Source of the DNA: Lama glama
Lineage: Eukaryota
Assembly: GCA_028534125.1 (NCBI GenBank)
Contig: CM052818.1
Coordinates: 41,666,001 to 41,730,000 of the forward strand
DNA length: 64,000 bases
Reading direction: 5' to 3'
This document shows, piece by piece, positions 60,550 to 64,000 of the stretch. The notes beneath the pieces were generated by a model. It made no database searches, was not told the DNA's origin, and saw only the letters and a list, made by a program, of their open reading frames with translations. Within the stretch, counting starts at the first letter, position 1. Every line of letters starts with the position of its first letter. The translations under genes and the position numbers were made by a program.

Positions 60550-63374
60550 GTCCCCTACAGCTAACCTGCAGGCTGAGGGTAGGATTGCGAATTGGTTCCC
60601 TTTGGAATCCCTAACATATGGGACAGAACCTGGCACATGAAGGAGGCACGAGTCAGTGCATCGATTCCACACCCACGAGCCGTTCCAAAACCTGGATCCC
60701 TGGTATGTTTCTGGTCCTCTCCTCCTTTGAGGCCCCTCAAAGGCCTTACCCTCCAGTCCACCCGGAAGGCCCCCCATTCACCCGGTATGCTCTGGCCTTT
60801 CCCCGTCTTTGCCTTGTGAACACCTTTCTCCTCTTGAAATATCCTGCAGACCCACCTTGCCCCATGCGCCTTCTTGAAATCCTAGCATCCTCTAAAGCCC
60901 ATCGCAAGCCCTTCTTCCCCTCGGAAGGCTTTTCCAAACCTTCTAATTAAAAATAATCAACCGCCCACGCCTCCCCCATTACCCCAGCCACTGCTCCCAA
61001 AGTGCTTTTTAATTCTGTTATAACCATTTCCGGATGCATCCCGTGTCCCTCACTAGACAGCCAACTCCCCCCAGGCAGAAACTGTCATGATTTATTTCCA
61101 TATCTTCCTCTGAGCCTAGCAGAGGCCTGGCGTACAGGGAACATCACTCAAATTTAATTCGTGTCTCAGAAAGAGGACTGGCCGGCAGAGATGGGGAACG
61201 TGTGACTGACTGATTTTTACCCTCAGTGCCGCCAAGATAAAGATCGGAGTGTTTTGAAAACATTGCTGATAATACTGTTTGCAAAGGGAAACTGCCCTAC
61301 AAAATTGTTATTCTTGACAAAAAACGGGTCTGTTTTTTTCACACAGAACTGATATTCACCCTGGCGGCAGAAGGTCAGAAGGAGCCCTCCGAGGTCTTTG
61401 AGACCGACCCCATCACCTCCCAGGACCAGAAATGTCCAGAAAGATGCAAGTCATTGGTTCTTAAAGACCTTTAAGAGAAGAGTTTTGTGATCTCTGACAG
61501 CAGGCTCAGTCCAGCTACAGTCAGGTAGCGTAAGCAAGCATCGTAGTTTAGAACTTGTAATCTGACATTTTGTTAATCATTTGTGCTATTATTTGGGTAG
61601 TTCTTCTAAAGGGGAAGAGCCGAAAGTGACTGGACTGTGTAACAAATCACGGTGCTAATTTTTGCACCAGGCTTGAAAAATGATAAAGTGTATGTACACC
61701 TAGTCATTTCCCTGTCTGCTCTTTACAGCCCAATAAGAAAGGCAGACAGAATAGGGGGGCCCATTCCATCTGGGCCTCCAAGAAGTGCCGAGGGGTCCCC
61801 TGGCAGATCCACTGGGTGTTGCTGCCACCCTGTGCGAGGCTGGCTGCTCCATGCCCCCACTGTGCGGGAGCAGGAGTGAGGAGGCCGGTTCACAGCTCAA
61901 TCAGCCTGGCAGCTTCTGGGAAGGTGGGTTCTGGGCTCAGCGGGCAATAAGCCTGGAAAGGGACAAAGCCTGACCTTCTTTATTGAAACAAGTGGGTTCC
62001 AGAGAGTCCTGAGGCTGCAGGAAAAGAGTCACTGGAACTGAGAGATTGAGTGTAAGGTTCAGTGGGGTTCTAAGACTGCTGGTCTTCTGTAGGGTGAGGA
62101 GCTGGGCCCGGAAAGAAGTAGTACCCTTTCCAGTGGCAGCCATGGCCAGTCTCCAGCACCTTCAAGGGTCCTCTGTCAGAAGGTGGAGGGATGGTCTGGG
62201 GTAAGGAGACAAGGGACACTAGGCTACAGGTCAGCCTTGGACAGCTGAGCAGGCTGTGCACTGAACAACGGCCCTAGCAGAGCAGGTAGGTGGTCAGTTT
62301 GACCGTGGTTTTCTAATTTGTACAAATATGTGATATAGTCTAGCAGAGGCCCTGGCATGGTTGGAGGACATGGCCCACCCACACAATAAGATTTCCAGGG
62401 TCCTTGCCCTCACCACACACAAAGAACCCTTTCCCTTATTTGACTCTGGTGCCCAAAATGGCAGCTCAACCCCCCTTCTGGAGTAAGACAGGAGCCCTGT
62501 ATTGAAATACAAAAACCACGGTCAGTCATTGACACCTTAGCTCAACTAATTAGGGGATTACCCCGCAAGGAGCAGTGATGGTGGCTGGGGGCAGGTAGGG
62601 GAAGGGGTGGTGGGAAAGTCAGCTCCAGGGAGGAGCCTAGGGCGAATGGTCTTCCCTTGTTTGTGCAACCCCACGACTTAGGAGGCACATAACATGTATT
62701 AACTCTTCTTTCTCACAGCAACCCTTCAGGGAAGGTGCTATAAACCCTGTTTGATGGAAGTTCAGAGAGGCCAAGATTATACAGCTAGGAAAGGGTATGA
62801 CTTGGGCTGACACTCAGATTTGTTCAGTTTCAAGGCCCATGTGCCCTGTCCTCTCTGCTGTCTGAACCTTAACTCTTCCTTCAAGACCATCTTCTTTGGA
62901 AAGGCTTCTTCTCCCCCAAGTCCAGGTTGGGGCCAGCCCTCTATGCATCCAGACTTGGTGAGTGTACCATATTGTGCCACCATTGTAGGTTTCCTCCTGT
63001 GGCTCCTGGTCTCTGAGTGTGCACACCATCCCTGTGTGCTTCCAATTGACTTGTCCCCTCAGGGCAACAAAGAGAGAGTTGCACTGGGAAGTAGGGGGTG
63101 TGGGCCACCCTCAGGAAGAGAGAGTTTTCACTCTCTATTCCATGCAATTTATAAAGCAAGATTTACTTGTGTAGTTCTTGTTCAAACATGATAAAATCAG
63201 GGGGGAAATGATGTGTAGAATCAATGATAAACTCCTTCTTATTTCCAGATTTCAGGCTCCTGATCTGTCATAATGGTGACTTCATCCAAAAGTCTTTTCC
63301 AGCCAGGTGTTCAGAAATTCTGAGATCAAAACAAAGAAGGGCCTTCAATCAGGTCCAAGCATTTTTAAGGCCAA

Positions 63375-63750
63375 TGTGGCCAATTGTACTCCCACAGCCT
63401 TGTGAGGACTGTGCGCCCCCACTCACTGCCATGGTATTGATAGGACTTCCTGCAAGAGAAATATACATCTCAGGTCTATTGATATCAGACTGGATCATGT
63501 GACTTGCCCTGGCCAGTGGAACATAAGCAGAAATGATTTCTGCACATCCAACAGAGGCTGCAAGATTCACTGCATTTTCCCCTCTGCCCAAGATCAAGAT
63601 AAGGGGCTACTGTTTGAGTCACAGAATGGAAAAATACTGAATCAGAGCCTCAATGATCTGAAGGCTGAAAAAAAAAATATTTGTTGTCATCCACTGAAAT
63701 TTTGGTGGTGTTTATTCCTACAGTGTAACCTAGCAAAGCTGACTGATACA
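63375..63750 (+). mobile_element. MaLR solo LTR (MLT1H/I/J class)
   Basis: catgtgacttgccctggccagtggaa...tttgttgtcatccactgaaattttgg...ctagcaaagctgactgataca. Confidence 0.8.
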
Positions 63751-64000
63751 GGTTTGACTCACATCACTTAAAGGAAATGCAATTGATGTGAAAATAAAAC
63801 GTGGTCATCTTGTGAACTTTTAGAGTAACATTAAGGTGAGGATATAATAATATGATCCATCCAATCCTTCAGTCGACCAGTAGAATTTGTTCCATGCTTT
63901 GCCCGGCACTGCGGGTACAGATACGAAAAGGGCACCCTGCCCCATCTTGTGTCTCCCAATCTGAGAGTTATGACAAATCATTTGAAAAATCAATTCCAGA

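Noticed and set aside
1..64000. CRISPR array, operon-like or other novel multi-gene system
   Set aside because: No regularly spaced direct repeats with unique spacers and no long coding ORFs; the content is explained by mammalian repeats and non-coding sequence.

Overview
Mammalian nuclear DNA, very probably camelid (alpaca/llama/camel), because two copies of a tRNA-derived SINE match my recollection of the camelid Vic-1 consensus. I find no recognisable protein-coding exon, RNA gene or novel biological system. The window reads as intergenic or intronic sequence, much of it interspersed repeats: L1, L2, many MIRs, ERV1/ERVL/MaLR solo LTRs, and hAT and Tigger DNA transposon relics. It also holds two large GAAA/GAAG microsatellites and two 500-N gaps. 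The only listed ORF with clear protein similarity is a Tigger1 transposase C-terminal relic (23453-23860, minus). The repeat-free blocks carry dense homeodomain/HOX/TCF/SOX/GATA/RFX-type motifs and a near-consensus CTCF site, suggesting a developmental regulatory landscape (inference). The best-supported curiosities are retrotransposition and nesting signatures: a twin-primed inverted L1, a microhomology-deleted L1, and nested elements with readable TSDs. Repeat family names come from remembered consensus sequences, not a search. Boundaries of old repeats are approximate.
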